From NCBI GenBank assembly GCA_965263355.1, contig CBDHHL010000032.1, forward strand, positions 3,072,001-3,136,000: a DNA stretch of 64,000 nt, read 5' to 3'. The position numbers and the translations under genes are program-made. Position 1 is the first letter of the stretch. The number at the start of each line of letters is the position of its first letter. The stretch comes from Leptolyngbyaceae cyanobacterium. Its GTDB lineage: Bacteria > Cyanobacteriota > Cyanobacteriia > Phormidesmidales > Phormidesmidaceae. Positions 8,191 to 20,790 of the stretch are shown here, in pieces. A model generated the notes under the pieces. It saw only the letters and a list, made by a program, of their open reading frames with translations. It ran no database searches and was not told the DNA's origin.

Positions 8191-10257
8191 GTGTTAGTGA
8201 TTAATCGATGGGGAATGGCAGTAATGGCACTGGCACTGTTTGCAACACCACTGGCTGCCAAAGAGCCGTCGTTAGAAACTTCACAGCAAGCTGAGGAAGC
8301 TCAGCCTGAATTATCTGAGTCAACTGTTGACGTGACTGAACTCAAGGCATCCCTTGAAGAGTTGTTGCCTCAGTCTGCACCGCCACCCCCAATAATTACT
8401 AACATCCTGCCTGCAGATACTCCGGCAGCCATCATTGTGAATACCCGTGAGGATGCCTGGGCCACACTTAAGCAATATGCGCTGTTTTCTCAGCTGAGTC
8501 AGGCGTTTGGGACAGAGCCAAGCCCCCAAGCACTGCCCTTACTGCCGTTGGGGATGAACTATGAGGCAAATGTGCAGCCATGGATTGGGGATGGTGTTGC
8601 GATCGCGTTATTGCCCGTGCCTAGTGTGCGGACGATCAATCCCGTAGAACGACTGGTCACTATCCTGCCTATTAATGATGCAGCTGCTTTTGTCGACTTT
8701 ATTCCCACTCTCGCAGAAGCGTTTGCAGAATTACCTGAACAGCACTCATACCGCACATTTCCTATTTGGCATTGGCCCTCAGAGTTTGTTCCCTACGAAG
8801 AATTTTCTTGGGAGGATGTGCCAGAAGATACAGACCTCGAAGAGTTTCCTGCACCCGAACCGGTTGAACTGTCTCCTCACCCCTTATCTCCTCCGAGCAT
8901 TCTTAACCCCTCCCGTTCCTATCGTCAACCCGAACCTCCCTATATTTACATTCCCGATCCTAACGCCCCCTATGCAGCCGATGGCTACACTATTCCCGGC
9001 TATGCTGTTGCTCATTTGGGGAACTACATTGTCGCTGCCGAGAATATGGACAGTTTGCGACAATGGATTGAGTACCAGACCCAGGGTGGCCCGACGCTAA
9101 CCAGTAACCCTAATTTCGAGAAAACTCAAAATCATCCCCAGGCCCAAACGAGTTTGGCGACTGTGTATGGTAACTTAGGTCAGCTGCTCAATTTTGAATT
9201 TAGTAATCCATTTCAGAGCTTCGGGTTGCCTCCGATTCCTCAGCCGAGTCTCAGTGAGCGGGCGGCTATATCGAGCGCGTTCAGCAACGTTACCTTTGAT
9301 GCCCTGATTTATCCTGATGTCAAAGGCATGCATCTGGAAGCACATCTATATACTGAGGGGGTACTACCCGACTTGCCCCCGTCCCCCAATGCTGACCACT
9401 CTATTTTGGGCTTGATTCCAGCAGCGACATATTTAATGGGCAGTGGGTATGATATCAGCGGGTTTTGGAATGATATATCATCGGCGTTTTCCTTAAATGA
9501 TGTGTCGGGAGGCTTGATTGAGACGGCCCGTTCGATTGTGGCGCTAACCACGGGGTTAGATTTAGACACAGATATTTTGGGATGGATGGATGGAGAATAC
9601 AGCCTATTTTTCTTCCCCAGTCGTTTTGGCCTGTTGAATTCGTTTTTCCCCGGTGTGGGCCTTGAAGCTGGGGTCTTGCTGGAAACTAGCAATCGTTCAG
9701 CGGCTGAAATCGCTTTAGATGCTCTGGATAATGTGGTGGGTGAAGAGGTGGCGCTGCCTGCACAAATAGCAGAACACTCAGTCATCAACTGGCAATATGA
9801 TATTAACGGTGATGGCCAAAAAGAGAGTGTCCTGGCCCATACTTGGGTGACAGACGATACGTTAGCCTTTACCAGTGGCAATGGTGCCATGGAGCGTCTG
9901 GTCGTGCCTGCAGGGTTTCACTCGTTGAGTAGTCACAGTACATTTCGTAATGCGACGGAAGGTTTCCCTACCCCCAACAATGGTTATGTATACGTCAATG
10001 CAAGTTCCACACTGTCATTTTTTTACAACCTATTTGGCTTTAATCAGGCAACCGACCCTTGGGCTGCAGATGTTCGTAGCTACTTTGGCACCATTCGTAG
10101 CTTTAGCTTTAGTACTTCCAGTAGTGCGCAACAGTTTCAGATGGATGCATTACTTGGGTTAGCAGCCAGTGAGCCAACTCAAGAAGATGTTGAAGAAGAG
10201 AGTTTTGAAGAGGACAAGACTCTGGAAGAAGACGTTGAAGGAGACATGAGCCCTTAG
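8191..10257 (+). CDS. DUF3352-like secreted protein
   Basis: Signal peptide; NVQPWIGD and DILGWMDGE motifs; AGGAGG at 8182-8187 favours a GTG start at 8191/8197. Confidence 0.75.
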   Translation: MLVINRWGMAVMALALFATPLAAKEPSLETSQQAEEAQPELSESTVDVTELKASLEELLPQSAPPPPIITNILPADTPAAIIVNTREDAWATLKQYALFSQLSQAFGTEPSPQALPLLPLGMNYEANVQPWIGDGVAIALLPVPSVRTINPVERLVTILPINDAAAFVDFIPTLAEAFAELPEQHSYRTFPIWHWPSEFVPYEEFSWEDVPEDTDLEEFPAPEPVELSPHPLSPPSILNPSRSYRQPEPPYIYIPDPNAPYAADGYTIPGYAVAHLGNYIVAAENMDSLRQWIEYQTQGGPTLTSNPNFEKTQNHPQAQTSLATVYGNLGQLLNFEFSNPFQSFGLPPIPQPSLSERAAISSAFSNVTFDALIYPDVKGMHLEAHLYTEGVLPDLPPSPNADHSILGLIPAATYLMGSGYDISGFWNDISSAFSLNDVSGGLIETARSIVALTTGLDLDTDILGWMDGEYSLFFFPSRFGLLNSFFPGVGLEAGVLLETSNRSAAEIALDALDNVVGEEVALPAQIAEHSVINWQYDINGDGQKESVLAHTWVTDDTLAFTSGNGAMERLVVPAGFHSLSSHSTFRNATEGFPTPNNGYVYVNASSTLSFFYNLFGFNQATDPWAADVRSYFGTIRSFSFSTSSSAQQFQMDALLGLAASEPTQEDVEEESFEEDKTLEEDVEGDMSP

Positions 10258-10315
10258 TAAACTATGTTGGGTGTGAATGCTATGGCCCAACTGCCTCAAG
10301 AAAATCTCCATAAAA

Positions 10316-10349
10316 ACGCTATTACCACTGATATCAGTGGTAATAGCGT
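10316..10349. terminator. 34-bp perfect palindrome, probable bidirectional terminator, next to short heptamer repeats
   Basis: ACGCTATTACCACTGAT|ATCAGTGGTAATAGCGT; AAAAC/TT-type heptamers at about 10355-10381. Confidence 0.6.
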
Positions 10350-10391
10350 AATTCAAAACTTAAAACTCAAAATTAAAAACTTTCTCTTTCT

Positions 10392-10625
10392 CTAATAGCT
10401 TTCATCGCCGTCAACATTTTTTAAGGCCAGTAGATGATTAGCTTGTTGCAAACGCTCTGCAATATTTTGGCGCATGGTTTCATTCACTGTGGGGTCTGCT
10501 AATACGGCTTGGGCGAGTTGTCGATAACGAGCACTGGTAACAATATCGACTTTCTCCAAGTCATTTAGGTTCTCATAAACCGTTTTTGGTGAAGGCTTTT
10601 CCATAGGACTCCTTTGGTCAGGCAT
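10392..10625 (-). CDS. Small hypothetical protein
   Basis: ORF with plausible ATG at 10625; helical, ends in DESY. Confidence 0.6.
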   Translation of the reverse strand: MPDQRSPMEKPSPKTVYENLNDLEKVDIVTSARYRQLAQAVLADPTVNETMRQNIAERLQQANHLLALKNVDGDESY

Positions 10626-11063
10626 AGCTGACCTGGTAGCTAGTGATACTATTGTGCTCGAAACTTTGATAGACAATATGACAGCGCATGTTTACAACAG
10701 AAAACCATAGGGTTTAGATCATTTCGTAGTAAAACTTAAACTTTTGTCAGCAGAATAATACTTCCTCTTGTCGGCAGCCTATGCTTGGTCATGGCAATTT
10801 TAAGGAAATCCTAAGAGAGCTTGGTTGAGACAGTTGACAGGGAAGCTTTTGTGCTGCTGAACACAATCGTAATAATTTGACAGTTTTGTTAAGGGATTGT
10901 CCAAAAAAGCTTTTGTGTTGGAAAATATAGACCCTTGGTCGAGTTATCTTGTAGCGATTGTTGAAACGGTTTGCACGTTGTCTGTTTCCCGAATCTACGC
11001 TAAGCTAACCGCCCTAGGAATTCTCGTCAATGATGCGCGTTCGCTAACAATTACTTCACTTCT

Positions 11064-14000
11064 ATGACTACCCACCGATTGCCTGTTAAACAGGGTTTAT
11101 ATGATCCCCAATTTGAGCATGATGCGTGTGGAGTGGGGTTTGTCGTGCAAATGAAGGGACTAGCCTCCCATGAAATTGTAGGGCAGGGTTTAAAGATTCT
11201 CTGTAACTTAGAACATCGTGGGGCTTGTGGTAGCGAAGTAAACACAGGTGATGGAGCAGGTATCTTAGTGCAACTGCCCCACAAGTTTTTGCAAAAGGTG
11301 GCGACAGTAGAGGGCTTTACTTTGCCTGGCCCAGGGCAGTATGGTGCGGGACTGATTTTCACCTCTCCAGAACCATCTGTACGAATGGAGAGTCGGCGTC
11401 GGTTTGAGTCGGTGGTGGCTCAAATGGGACAAAAGGTTTTGGGGTGGCGTGATGTGCCCACCGACAATAGCTCCCTGGGGGCGACAGCACAGGTCAGTGA
11501 GCCTTTTATGCAGCATGTGTTCATTGAGCGCTCAGCTGACCTGGAAGATGACTTATCCTTTGAACGGAAGCTCTACGTTATCCGTAAGCTAGCGTATAAC
11601 TCTATTGGTAAGTCTGGTCATGATAGCTATTGGTATCTAGCTAGTTTGTCATGCCGCACTATGGTTTATAAGGGCATGTTGACCCCACCTCAGGTAAGAG
11701 ACTTTTTCCTAGATCTCAGTGATCCTGACTTTGAAAGTGCGCTTGCCCTGGTCCATTCTCGCTTTAGCACCAATACATTTCCCAGCTGGGAGCGGTCTCA
11801 TCCCTATCGCTACATCGCTCATAACGGTGAGATCAATACGATGCGCGGCAATATTAATTGGATGGTAGCCCGACAGTCGATGTTCGAGTCAGAGCTTTTT
11901 GGTGATGACATGGCTAAGGTAAAGCCGGTTATCAATATCAATGGTAGCGACTCAACCATTTTTGATAATGCTTTGGAGTTGCTGGTGTTGGCAGGTCGGT
12001 CGTTGCCCCATGCGGTGATGATGATGATCCCTGAGCCTTGGACTGGGCATGAGTCTATGGATGATGTCAGCAAAGCATTTTATGAATACCATGCCTGCTT
12101 GATGGAGCCTTGGGATGGCCCGGCATCGGTGGCATTTACCGATGGATCTATGATTGGGGCGGTGTTAGACCGCAATGGTTTACGTCCGTCTCGTTACTAC
12201 GTGACCAAGGATGACCGGGTGATTATGGCCTCAGAAGCAGGAGTGCTACCTGTGGAGCCGGAGCAGGTCCTAGAGAAGGGGCGTTTGCAGCCAGGACGGA
12301 TGTTCCTTGTGGATATGGCAGCTGGCCGGATTATTGGTGATGAAGAGCTGAAGTCAGAGATTGTTGGTGCCCAGCCGTATCGTCAGTGGTTAGACCAGTA
12401 TCAGCTCAAGTTGGAAAACTTACCTGTAAAGCCCTCACTGGCTGAAGCGGCTAATGGGACGTTGCGGCAGCGCCAGATGGCTTTTGGCTATACCTTTGAA
12501 GAGCTGCGGATGTTGTTGACGCCGATGGCTCAAAATGGTGTTGAAGCCATTGGCTCCATGGGCACTGATACACCACTGGCGGTGCTGTCAGATAAGCCAA
12601 AACTACTGTATGACTACTTTCAGCAGTTATTTGCCCAGGTTACCAATCCTCCCATTGACTCAATTCGTGAGGCAATTATTACGTCAGCAGTAACGACGGT
12701 GGGTTCGGAACGTAACCTGTTGGATCCTCAACCGGAGAGCTGTCGGTTGATTCAGCTGAAAACACCGATCATCAGTAACGGGGATCTGGCTAAGCTGCAA
12801 AATATTGATGAACCGGGGTTTGAGTCTCTCACATTGCCGATTTTGTTTGATCCAAAGTCGGGAGCAGAAGGGCTAGAGTCGGCGATGGAGTCAATTTGTA
12901 GTCAGGTGGACGAAGCGATTGTTGCTGGTGTCAACCTGATCATTCTTTCTGATCGTGGTATCGGTGCGACCCATGCTCCTATACCTGCTCTTTTAGCTGT
13001 TTCAGGTCTTCACCACCATCTCATTCGTACGGGGACTCGGACTCGTATCGGTATTATTCTTGAATCTGGAGAGCCCCGCGAAGTGCATCACTTTGCTGTG
13101 CTGCTTGGGTATGGCTGTAGTGCTGTTAATCCTTACCTAGCCTTCGAAACTCTGGACAATATGATTGCTGACGGCATGCTGGTGGATATTCAGCTTGAAG
13201 ATGCCTGTAAAAATTACATCAAGGCGGTGACCAAAGGCACTATCAAGATCGCCTCAAAAATTGGTATCTCTACTTTGCAAAGCTATCGAGGGGCGCAGAT
13301 TTTTGAAGCGATTGGTCTCAACCAAAACGTGATTGATAAGTACTTTACCTGGACGGCATCGCGGATTGAAGGGATCGGTGTAGAGGTAATTGCTAAAGAG
13401 GCGATTATGCGCCATGGCCATGGCTTTGCTGAGCGGCGAGATATTCCTGTGTTGGATGTGGGCGGTGACTACCAATGGCGTAAAGATGGAGAAGCCCACC
13501 TGTTTAATCCAGATACTATTCATACGCTGCAACAAGCTGTGCGTTCAGGTGATTATGAAACTTACAAGCGCTATGCCAGCCTGGTAAATGATCAAACTAA
13601 GCAACACTTCACCCTACGGGGACTGTTGGAGTTTAAAGACCGACAGCCTATACCTATCGATGAAGTAGAGCCTATTGAAGCAATTACCCGGCGCTTCAAA
13701 ACAGGAGCAATGAGTTATGGTTCTATTTCTAAAGAGGCTCATGAATCATTAGCTATTGCCATGAATCGGATTGGCGGCAAGTCCAACACTGGTGAAGGTG
13801 GGGAAGACCCTGAACGATTTACCTGGACCAATGAGCGAGGAGATTCTAAAAACAGTGCTATCAAACAGGTGGCCTCAGGTCGCTTTGGAGTGACTAGTCT
13901 ATATCTCTCCCAAGCAAAAGAGCTTCAGATTAAGATGGCTCAAGGTGCTAAGCCTGGTGAAGGTGGCCAGTTGCCAGGTAAGAAAGTCTATCCCTGGATT

Positions 14001-15650
14001 GCCAAGGTGCGTCACTCCACGCCAGGTGTGGGACTAATCTCTCCACCACCACACCATGACATTTACTCCATTGAAGATTTGGCAGAGCTGATTCATGATC
14101 TGAAAAATGCAAATCGTTCTGCTCGGATTAACGTCAAACTGGTATCTGAAGTCGGTGTAGGTACTATTGCCGCTGGTGTGGCCAAGGCTCACGCGGATGT
14201 GGTGCTGATTTCTGGTTTTGACGGCGGTACGGGAGCGTCTCCTCAGACGTCGATTAAACACGCTGGTTTGCCCTGGGAGTTGGGGTTGGCAGAAACTCAT
14301 CAAACGTTAGTGCTGAATAATCTGCGCAGCCGGATTGTGGTGGAAACTGATGGCCAGATGAAAACGGGGCGTGATGTAGTGATGGCTGCACTACTCGGGG
14401 CAGAGGAGTTTGGCTTTTCCACAGCACCTTTAGTCTCCCTGGGCTGTATCATGATGCGTGTATGTCAAAAAAATACTTGCCCTGCTGGGATTGCGACTCA
14501 AGATCCAGGCTTACGTAAGAGCTTTGTCGGGGAGCCTGAGCACGTTGTTAACTTTATGCAGTTTATTGCCCAGGATGTACGGGAGATAATGGCTCAATTA
14601 GGTGTGCGCACATTTGATGAACTAGTGGGACATACTGATTGGTTAAATGTGAAGGCAGCGGTTGACCATTGGAAGGCTAAGGGTGTAGATCTCTCTAAGG
14701 TTCTGGAGCAGCCTGAGGTAGATGACAGTGTTGGGCGTTACTGCCAGATCCCTCAGGATCATGGTCTGGATAAATCTTTAGATATCACTACCTTGCTGGA
14801 TTTATGTCAGCCTGCTATTGAGAAAGGTGAGAAAGTCAGTGCCACATTACCCATCTGTAATGTTAACCGGGTAGTTGGCACGATTCTTGGCAATGAGATT
14901 ACTAAGCAACACTGGGAAGGCTTGCCGGAAGATACAGTGCATCTCACCTTCCAAGGCAGTGCTGGTCAGAGTTTTGGTGCGTTTGTTCCTGCTGGTGTCA
15001 CCTTAGAGCTGGAAGGAGATGGTAATGATTATTTGGGTAAAGGCTTGAGTGGTGGCAAGATTGTTGTCTATCCTCCCAAAGCGTCTACGTTTAGGCCTGA
15101 AGATAACATTATTATTGGCAATGTTGCTTTCTATGGTGCAACTGGTGGTGAAGCCTACGTCTATGGCATGGCGGGAGAGCGGTTTTGTGTGCGTAACTCC
15201 GGTGTTCATGCTGTGGTAGAGGCGGTGGGCGATCACGGGTGTGAATATATGACCGGTGGTAAGGTAGTGATTTTGGGGTCCACGGGGCGCAATTTTGCGG
15301 CTGGTATGAGTGGTGGTATCGCTTATGTGCTCGATGAAGTAGGTGACTTTGCCACGCGCTGCAACACAGAAATGGTGGACTTAGAGCGTTTGGAAGAAGC
15401 GGAAGAGATTGCTGATTTGCGAGAGATGATTGCTAAACACCATGGTTATACTGGCAGTCTTAAAGCACAAACAGTTCTGGATGCCTGGGACGGTTTCTTG
15501 CCCAAATTTGTCAAGGTGATTCCTCGAGATTATAAGCGAGTAATTCAGTCTCTTCGGCAGGCGTTGCAGGATGGTCTCAGTGGTGACGATGCTTTGTCGG
15601 CAGCATTTGAAGCAAATATCAAAGACGTTGCCCGTGTAGGTGGCAATTAG
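11064..15650 (+). CDS. gltB: Glutamate synthase large subunit
   Basis: [10 protein letters not shown]-terminal Cys GATase; [29 protein letters not shown]; 3Fe-4[18 protein letters not shown] domain. Confidence 0.97.
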   Translation: MTTHRLPVKQGLYDPQFEHDACGVGFVVQMKGLASHEIVGQGLKILCNLEHRGACGSEVNTGDGAGILVQLPHKFLQKVATVEGFTLPGPGQYGAGLIFTSPEPSVRMESRRRFESVVAQMGQKVLGWRDVPTDNSSLGATAQVSEPFMQHVFIERSADLEDDLSFERKLYVIRKLAYNSIGKSGHDSYWYLASLSCRTMVYKGMLTPPQVRDFFLDLSDPDFESALALVHSRFSTNTFPSWERSHPYRYIAHNGEINTMRGNINWMVARQSMFESELFGDDMAKVKPVININGSDSTIFDNALELLVLAGRSLPHAVMMMIPEPWTGHESMDDVSKAFYEYHACLMEPWDGPASVAFTDGSMIGAVLDRNGLRPSRYYVTKDDRVIMASEAGVLPVEPEQVLEKGRLQPGRMFLVDMAAGRIIGDEELKSEIVGAQPYRQWLDQYQLKLENLPVKPSLAEAANGTLRQRQMAFGYTFEELRMLLTPMAQNGVEAIGSMGTDTPLAVLSDKPKLLYDYFQQLFAQVTNPPIDSIREAIITSAVTTVGSERNLLDPQPESCRLIQLKTPIISNGDLAKLQNIDEPGFESLTLPILFDPKSGAEGLESAMESICSQVDEAIVAGVNLIILSDRGIGATHAPIPALLAVSGLHHHLIRTGTRTRIGIILESGEPREVHHFAVLLGYGCSAVNPYLAFETLDNMIADGMLVDIQLEDACKNYIKAVTKGTIKIASKIGISTLQSYRGAQIFEAIGLNQNVIDKYFTWTASRIEGIGVEVIAKEAIMRHGHGFAERRDIPVLDVGGDYQWRKDGEAHLFNPDTIHTLQQAVRSGDYETYKRYASLVNDQTKQHFTLRGLLEFKDRQPIPIDEVEPIEAITRRFKTGAMSYGSISKEAHESLAIAMNRIGGKSNTGEGGEDPERFTWTNERGDSKNSAIKQVASGRFGVTSLYLSQAKELQIKMAQGAKPGEGGQLPGKKVYPWIAKVRHSTPGVGLISPPPHHDIYSIEDLAELIHDLKNANRSARINVKLVSEVGVGTIAAGVAKAHADVVLISGFDGGTGASPQTSIKHAGLPWELGLAETHQTLVLNNLRSRIVVETDGQMKTGRDVVMAALLGAEEFGFSTAPLVSLGCIMMRVCQKNTCPAGIATQDPGLRKSFVGEPEHVVNFMQFIAQDVREIMAQLGVRTFDELVGHTDWLNVKAAVDHWKAKGVDLSKVLEQPEVDDSVGRYCQIPQDHGLDKSLDITTLLDLCQPAIEKGEKVSATLPICNVNRVVGTILGNEITKQHWEGLPEDTVHLTFQGSAGQSFGAFVPAGVTLELEGDGNDYLGKGLSGGKIVVYPPKASTFRPEDNIIIGNVAFYGATGGEAYVYGMAGERFCVRNSGVHAVVEAVGDHGCEYMTGGKVVILGSTGRNFAAGMSGGIAYVLDEVGDFATRCNTEMVDLERLEEAEEIADLREMIAKHHGYTGSLKAQTVLDAWDGFLPKFVKVIPRDYKRVIQSLRQALQDGLSGDDALSAAFEANIKDVARVGGN

Positions 15651-15736
15651 TAATAAATATCGAGGGGTGGTGGGCCGTGCCCATTACACAAGGTTCAAAA
15701 TTCACGACACACAATTCATAATTTACGATTTCTCCC

Positions 15737-17221
15737 ATGGGTAAACCAACAGGCTTTCTCGAATATACTCGCGAAATTGCACCGGATGTCTCGCCGTTAA
15801 TGCGTATCAAGCACTGGCAAGAGTTTCATACGCCATTGCCAGAGCAGAAACTGCGTAACCAAACCGCTCGCTGTATGGACTGTGGGACGCCGTTCTGTCA
15901 TACAGGTAATACCATTAATCGCATGGCTAGCGGCTGTCCTATCAACAATCTCATTCCTGAGTGGAATGATTTGGTATATCGAGGGCTGTGGAAAGAAGCG
16001 TTAGACCGGTTACATAAAACTAACAACTTTCCTGAGTTTACTGGGCGGGTATGTCCTGCACCCTGTGAGGGTGCCTGTGTATTGGGTATCCACAATCCAC
16101 CGGTAACGATTAAAAATATTGAGCACGCCATTATCGATAAGGGTTGGGAAGAAGGCTGGGTAGTTGCTGAACCACCAGTCAATCGGACGGGTAAAACTGT
16201 CGCTGTTGTTGGATCGGGGCCTGCAGGTCTGTCAGCGGCAGCTCAATTAAATAAAGCGGGACATTTGGTTACTGTTTATGAGCGAGCGGATCGACCTGGC
16301 GGATTGTTGATGTACGGCATTCCTAATATGAAGTTAGAGAAAGAGGCCGTGGTGATGCGCCGTCTCAAGCTGATGGAGCAGGAAGGAATTCGGTTTATTT
16401 GTAATACTGAAATTGGTCAGGATTTGCCTGCTGAACAGCTCGTGGAAGAATACGATGCGGTGATCCTTTGTACGGGGGCGACTCGACCACGGGATTTGCC
16501 CATTGAGGGACGGGATGCTCAGGGGATTCACTTTGCTATGGAGTTTTTGACGAAAAATACTCAGGCGGTGATCGACCCGACTCAAAATGAGCATGTGATT
16601 TCTGCGGCAGGCAAAGATGTGGTGATTATTGGTGGGGGTGACACGGGCACGGACTGTGTGGGTACGTCGATTCGTCATGGTTGTACCAGTGTGACTCAGC
16701 TAGAAATTATGCCAAAGCCACCCATGGAGCGTGCTGTCAATAATCCTTGGCCCGAATGGCCCAAGGTTTATCGTATGGATTATGGTCAGGAAGAGGCGGC
16801 AGCCAAGTTTGGTGGTGACCCACGAGCTTATCTTTCTACAGCGAATAAGTTTGAGCTAGATGATGATGGCCATGTTAAGGCTATTCAGATTGTAGATATC
16901 GCTTGGGAAAAAGATGAGAATGGTCGTTTCCAAATGCAAAAAGTGACGGGTTCTGAGCGCATGATTCCGGCTCAGCTGGTGTTGCTCGCTATGGGTTTTC
17001 TGGGACCAGAGCAGCCACTGATTGATGCTCTGGGGCTGGATCAGGATGGCCGCAGTAATATTCAGGCGGAGTATAACCAGTATGTGACTAGTATGCCTGG
17101 GGTGTTTGCGGCGGGTGATTGCCGTCGGGGACAAAGCCTTGTAGTGTGGGCGCTTAATGAAGGTCGTGGGGTGGCCCGGGAATGCGATCGCTACCTAATG
17201 GGTCACACAGATTTGCCATAA
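15737..17221 (+). CDS. gltD: Glutamate synthase small subunit (NAD(P)H-dependent)
   Basis: [50 protein letters not shown]. Confidence 0.96.
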   Translation: MGKPTGFLEYTREIAPDVSPLMRIKHWQEFHTPLPEQKLRNQTARCMDCGTPFCHTGNTINRMASGCPINNLIPEWNDLVYRGLWKEALDRLHKTNNFPEFTGRVCPAPCEGACVLGIHNPPVTIKNIEHAIIDKGWEEGWVVAEPPVNRTGKTVAVVGSGPAGLSAAAQLNKAGHLVTVYERADRPGGLLMYGIPNMKLEKEAVVMRRLKLMEQEGIRFICNTEIGQDLPAEQLVEEYDAVILCTGATRPRDLPIEGRDAQGIHFAMEFLTKNTQAVIDPTQNEHVISAAGKDVVIIGGGDTGTDCVGTSIRHGCTSVTQLEIMPKPPMERAVNNPWPEWPKVYRMDYGQEEAAAKFGGDPRAYLSTANKFELDDDGHVKAIQIVDIAWEKDENGRFQMQKVTGSERMIPAQLVLLAMGFLGPEQPLIDALGLDQDGRSNIQAEYNQYVTSMPGVFAAGDCRRGQSLVVWALNEGRGVARECDRYLMGHTDLP

Positions 17222-17289
17222 ACATGAACAATCAGTGAGAGGGTATACAATCTTAAGGGCAAACTTGATGTGTAAGCTTTTAAGATTCA

Positions 17290-17754
17290 ATGACATTGCA
17301 AGTTGGTGATCCAGCTCCTGACTTTAGTTTGGCTGATGCAGACGGAAATACCGTCAGTCTGGCGGACCTAAGTGGGAAGCGTGTAGTGCTATATTTTTAT
17401 CCCCGTGATAATACCCCTGGGTGCACAAAAGAGGCCTGTGCCTTTCGAGATAACTATGATGCCTACCAGGCAAAAGACGTAGTTGTTTTAGGCGTCAGTG
17501 CCGATGATGCAAAGTCCCATCAAAAATTTATCACTAAGCACGACTTGCCATTTCCATTGCTAGTGGATGAAGACGCTAAAGTTGCCACAGCCTATGGTAG
17601 CTACGGTCTGAAAAAGTTTATGGGCAAAGAATACATGGGTATTAGTCGTAGTACCTTTGTGATTAGCCCTGATGGGAATTTAGAAAAAATTTATCGCAAA
17701 GTGAAAGCCGAGAAACATCCAGTTGAACTGCTTTCTGACCTCGACGAGCTGTGA
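17290..17754 (+). CDS. bcp: Peroxiredoxin Q / Bcp
   Basis: YFYPRDNTPGCTKEAC. Confidence 0.93.
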   Translation: MTLQVGDPAPDFSLADADGNTVSLADLSGKRVVLYFYPRDNTPGCTKEACAFRDNYDAYQAKDVVVLGVSADDAKSHQKFITKHDLPFPLLVDEDAKVATAYGSYGLKKFMGKEYMGISRSTFVISPDGNLEKIYRKVKAEKHPVELLSDLDEL

Positions 17755-17758
17755 ACCC

Positions 17759-18214
17759 ATGCCACAATTTTGGCGACCAGTACGTACCCTGCTGGGATTG
17801 CTGTTACGGCGACCTCTCATTGGTACCTGTGTGATTCCTATCTTGCCTGATGGCCGTATCGTTTTGATTCAACGCCGTGATAGTGGCCGTTGGGGCTTAC
17901 CAGGTGGTTTGGTTGACTGGGGTGAGGATATTGCCTCCGCTGCCAAACGGGAGCTATGGGAAGAAACAGGGTTAAGCATATTGAGTATCGGTCGCCTGGT
18001 AGGGGTCTATTCTCACCCAGAGCGGGACCCCCGCTTTCATTCTGCCTGTATTGCCCTCGAAGCCTACGTAGATGGTGAATTTAACATCCAGGATAAGGCT
18101 GAGGTGATGAGAATTGCTGCGTTTACCGTGGATGACATTCCCCGTGGTAACCTAGCCCACGACCACGATCAGCAGCTACAGGACTACGTGAATGGAGCCA
18201 CTGTTTTGGCCTAG
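17759..18214 (+). CDS. NUDIX hydrolase
   Basis: Nudix box PGGLVDWGEDIASAAKRELWEETG; ATG at 17759. Confidence 0.9.
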   Translation: MPQFWRPVRTLLGLLLRRPLIGTCVIPILPDGRIVLIQRRDSGRWGLPGGLVDWGEDIASAAKRELWEETGLSILSIGRLVGVYSHPERDPRFHSACIALEAYVDGEFNIQDKAEVMRIAAFTVDDIPRGNLAHDHDQQLQDYVNGATVLA

Positions 18215-18227
18215 GTCTGGCAGCAAA

Positions 18228-19025
18228 ATGCCCGTACGCAATCTGCGCCGTCAGTTCAAGCACGGACAGCTGTTTTGGCGAGAAATTGGTCGCGGACAGG
18301 CATTGTTTTTTCTCCATGGCTCTTGGGCCGATGGCGATCAGTGGCGTGATGTACTCTCGATTTTGGGACAGCAATATCACTGTTTAGCTCCCGACTTGAT
18401 TGGTTTTGGTGAATCAGGGCGATTACAGGATAAGTCAGCCTATTCAATCACTATGCAGGTCAATACTTTGGCCGAATTAATCAGTGCTTTACGATTAAAC
18501 TCTGTTATTTTCGTCGGACATTCCTTGGGGGCGTGGGTTGCTGTTCGTTATGCTCTCCAATATCCAGAGCAGGTGAAGGCGCTCTGTGTTTTGGAGCCTG
18601 AGGGTCTGGTGTATGAGCCCAAACGCTGGCGACGGGAACGTTGGCTAGCCAGCCCTTTGGCAGGCCTCTGGTTAGCGATAACTAAACCATTTGCTCGAAA
18701 ACAGGTGATGGGTCGGACACCAGCCTGGTTTCAGCAATATCACCTGCGAACGTTATTGAAACGTTACCCTGCTGCCTGTCGGCTGCTATTTCAGCGGCGT
18801 CGGAACCGATTAGAACCTGAGATTTTGGGCAGTTTACTTGGGAGTTTATCGATGCCGATGGTGGTTCTCCAGGGAGAACAGGCCGGGGAAACCAGTCGGC
18901 AATTAACCCAAAGATTTGCAATGGCGGCTCCAGGGGCAATGGTCAAGGTATTACCAGGTACCGATGAACTACCCAGCTATGAAGCCAAAGCCGTGGCTGA
19001 GTTTTTAGTACATTGGATCGGATAA
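18228..19025 (+). CDS. Alpha/beta-fold hydrolase
   Basis: FLHG, PDLIGFGES, GHSLG nucleophile elbow. Confidence 0.85.
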   Translation: MPVRNLRRQFKHGQLFWREIGRGQALFFLHGSWADGDQWRDVLSILGQQYHCLAPDLIGFGESGRLQDKSAYSITMQVNTLAELISALRLNSVIFVGHSLGAWVAVRYALQYPEQVKALCVLEPEGLVYEPKRWRRERWLASPLAGLWLAITKPFARKQVMGRTPAWFQQYHLRTLLKRYPAACRLLFQRRRNRLEPEILGSLLGSLSMPMVVLQGEQAGETSRQLTQRFAMAAPGAMVKVLPGTDELPSYEAKAVAEFLVHWIG

Positions 19026-19122
19026 TACGGAGATTGCAGGCTTACTCCAGCCTTGCCTGGAGTATGGGAGAATTCAGCGAGCAGGTTAGTGTTAGGCGAA
19101 ATGTTTGACAACCGCTTGAGTA

Positions 19123-20748
19123 ATGTCTCCTTTGGTAATGAAGCGATTATCTTTTTCATCCAAAATTAGCGAAATCAACCCTTGGCTTTTTGTAATCCTT
19201 GCCATTGGTTTATTAACGTATAGTTTGTCAATTTGGTGGGGGCTACCTACAACTATCAGCTGGGCTCCTGATGCCATACATCCTTTGGATGTGATTGAAA
19301 AGACTAAAGCATATCCCTACCCGCCGCTGCATTTCTATATTTTACATTTTGTTTATGTGCCCTTTATTCTGGCGGCAAAAGTAGGATGGATTAATTTAGA
19401 ATCAATTTCTGGCATTACGACACTTATGTTAGTGGGTAGAGCCACATCTGTTCTGATGGCATTGGGGATTATTGTAAGTGTATATCTTACGAGTTTAGAC
19501 GTCAGTGAGAAGCAATTGCCAGCCCTTTTATCGGCTGCTTTTATATTAGGAAATGCTCCTCTGATTTATTACGGAAAAATAATGAATGTGGATGTTCCTT
19601 ATATTTTCTGGTTCTCCCTTTCGCTAATCTTTTATATCCGTGCAATTAAGTACGATACGCTAATTGACTATTCCTTATTTGCATTGATTTCAATGCTGTC
19701 TATCTGCACTAAAGATCAAGCCTATGGCTTGGTAGCCGTGCCAACTATTTTGTTGGCTTACCGATGCTTCCATGGTGGACAGAATAGAAAAACTTTAAGG
19801 TTATTGATTCCTACAATTATAGGAATCTCTACTTTCTTAGTGATTCACAATATTGTATTTGATTTTTCTGCTTTCGAAGATCATTTTAATTTCTTAGGAA
19901 AATCAAGCTATAGGCCAACCGACTTTACCGATGCACCGATTGTTTATATGCAGAGATATATCTACTTTGTTCTTAGATTCTTTAAAGATATTCAGTTTAA
20001 TTTAGGTTGGCCTATGTCAATCGTTTCTGTGGGTGCGATCGCGCTCACTTTACTCAGAAAAAACAAACAACCTTTATTACTGTATCTATTGCTTCCTTGC
20101 CTTTCCTATTATGGTTTACTTTTGAGTTTTATTATGTACTCCCGCGATCGATTTGTGATCCCAATATGCCTGATTCTCTATATTTTCTGTGGTCATTTTT
20201 TGGGTGAACTATTAGAGAGATTTCAGCGAGTACATGTAGCGAAAGTGGGACTATGGTTGACGCTAATGACTTTGTTCACCTATTCATTCTTTTATGCTAA
20301 TTCAGTCAATTTACTGATGCTGACTGATTCTCGATATTTTGTTGAGGATTGGATGCTCAGCCATATTCACCCTCCTGCTACGGTTGGTTTTGTTGAAAAG
20401 TTACGCAATCATCCGCGATTTATAGCGTTACACAGGAAGAAAATCCCTGTTGGAGGGATCTCAAGCGGTAAGTTAGAAGAAACAGTAGCACAACAAGATT
20501 TTTCTTACCTGATAACGTCTAGTGGATATGCAGGCAACCGCTTTCCAAAGGGCCATAAAAAATCTCAAGGCTTTGAAAAACTCAAGGATGAGACTCACTA
20601 TAAGTTAATTTTTTGTCATCGCTCAAAACCGCTTTGGAATTTTCTCCACATTGAAGAACCAACCCCAGCAGAGCATGACGACCCGCGTCGGAAGACCGGT
20701 AATCTAAATAAGATCAATCCTGAGATTTGCATGTATGAGAAACGTTAA
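19123..20748 (+). CDS. GT-C (ArnT/PMT-like) integral-membrane glycosyltransferase
   Basis: Many TM helices; WAPD, YPPLHFY, MNVDVP and CTKDQA motifs; visibly AT-richer than neighbours. Confidence 0.7.
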   Translation: MSPLVMKRLSFSSKISEINPWLFVILAIGLLTYSLSIWWGLPTTISWAPDAIHPLDVIEKTKAYPYPPLHFYILHFVYVPFILAAKVGWINLESISGITTLMLVGRATSVLMALGIIVSVYLTSLDVSEKQLPALLSAAFILGNAPLIYYGKIMNVDVPYIFWFSLSLIFYIRAIKYDTLIDYSLFALISMLSICTKDQAYGLVAVPTILLAYRCFHGGQNRKTLRLLIPTIIGISTFLVIHNIVFDFSAFEDHFNFLGKSSYRPTDFTDAPIVYMQRYIYFVLRFFKDIQFNLGWPMSIVSVGAIALTLLRKNKQPLLLYLLLPCLSYYGLLLSFIMYSRDRFVIPICLILYIFCGHFLGELLERFQRVHVAKVGLWLTLMTLFTYSFFYANSVNLLMLTDSRYFVEDWMLSHIHPPATVGFVEKLRNHPRFIALHRKKIPVGGISSGKLEETVAQQDFSYLITSSGYAGNRFPKGHKKSQGFEKLKDETHYKLIFCHRSKPLWNFLHIEEPTPAEHDDPRRKTGNLNKINPEICMYEKR

Positions 20749-20790
20749 GGGTGAATCCCAAATGTGGTTGGCCATTAAAAGGATGGTGCC

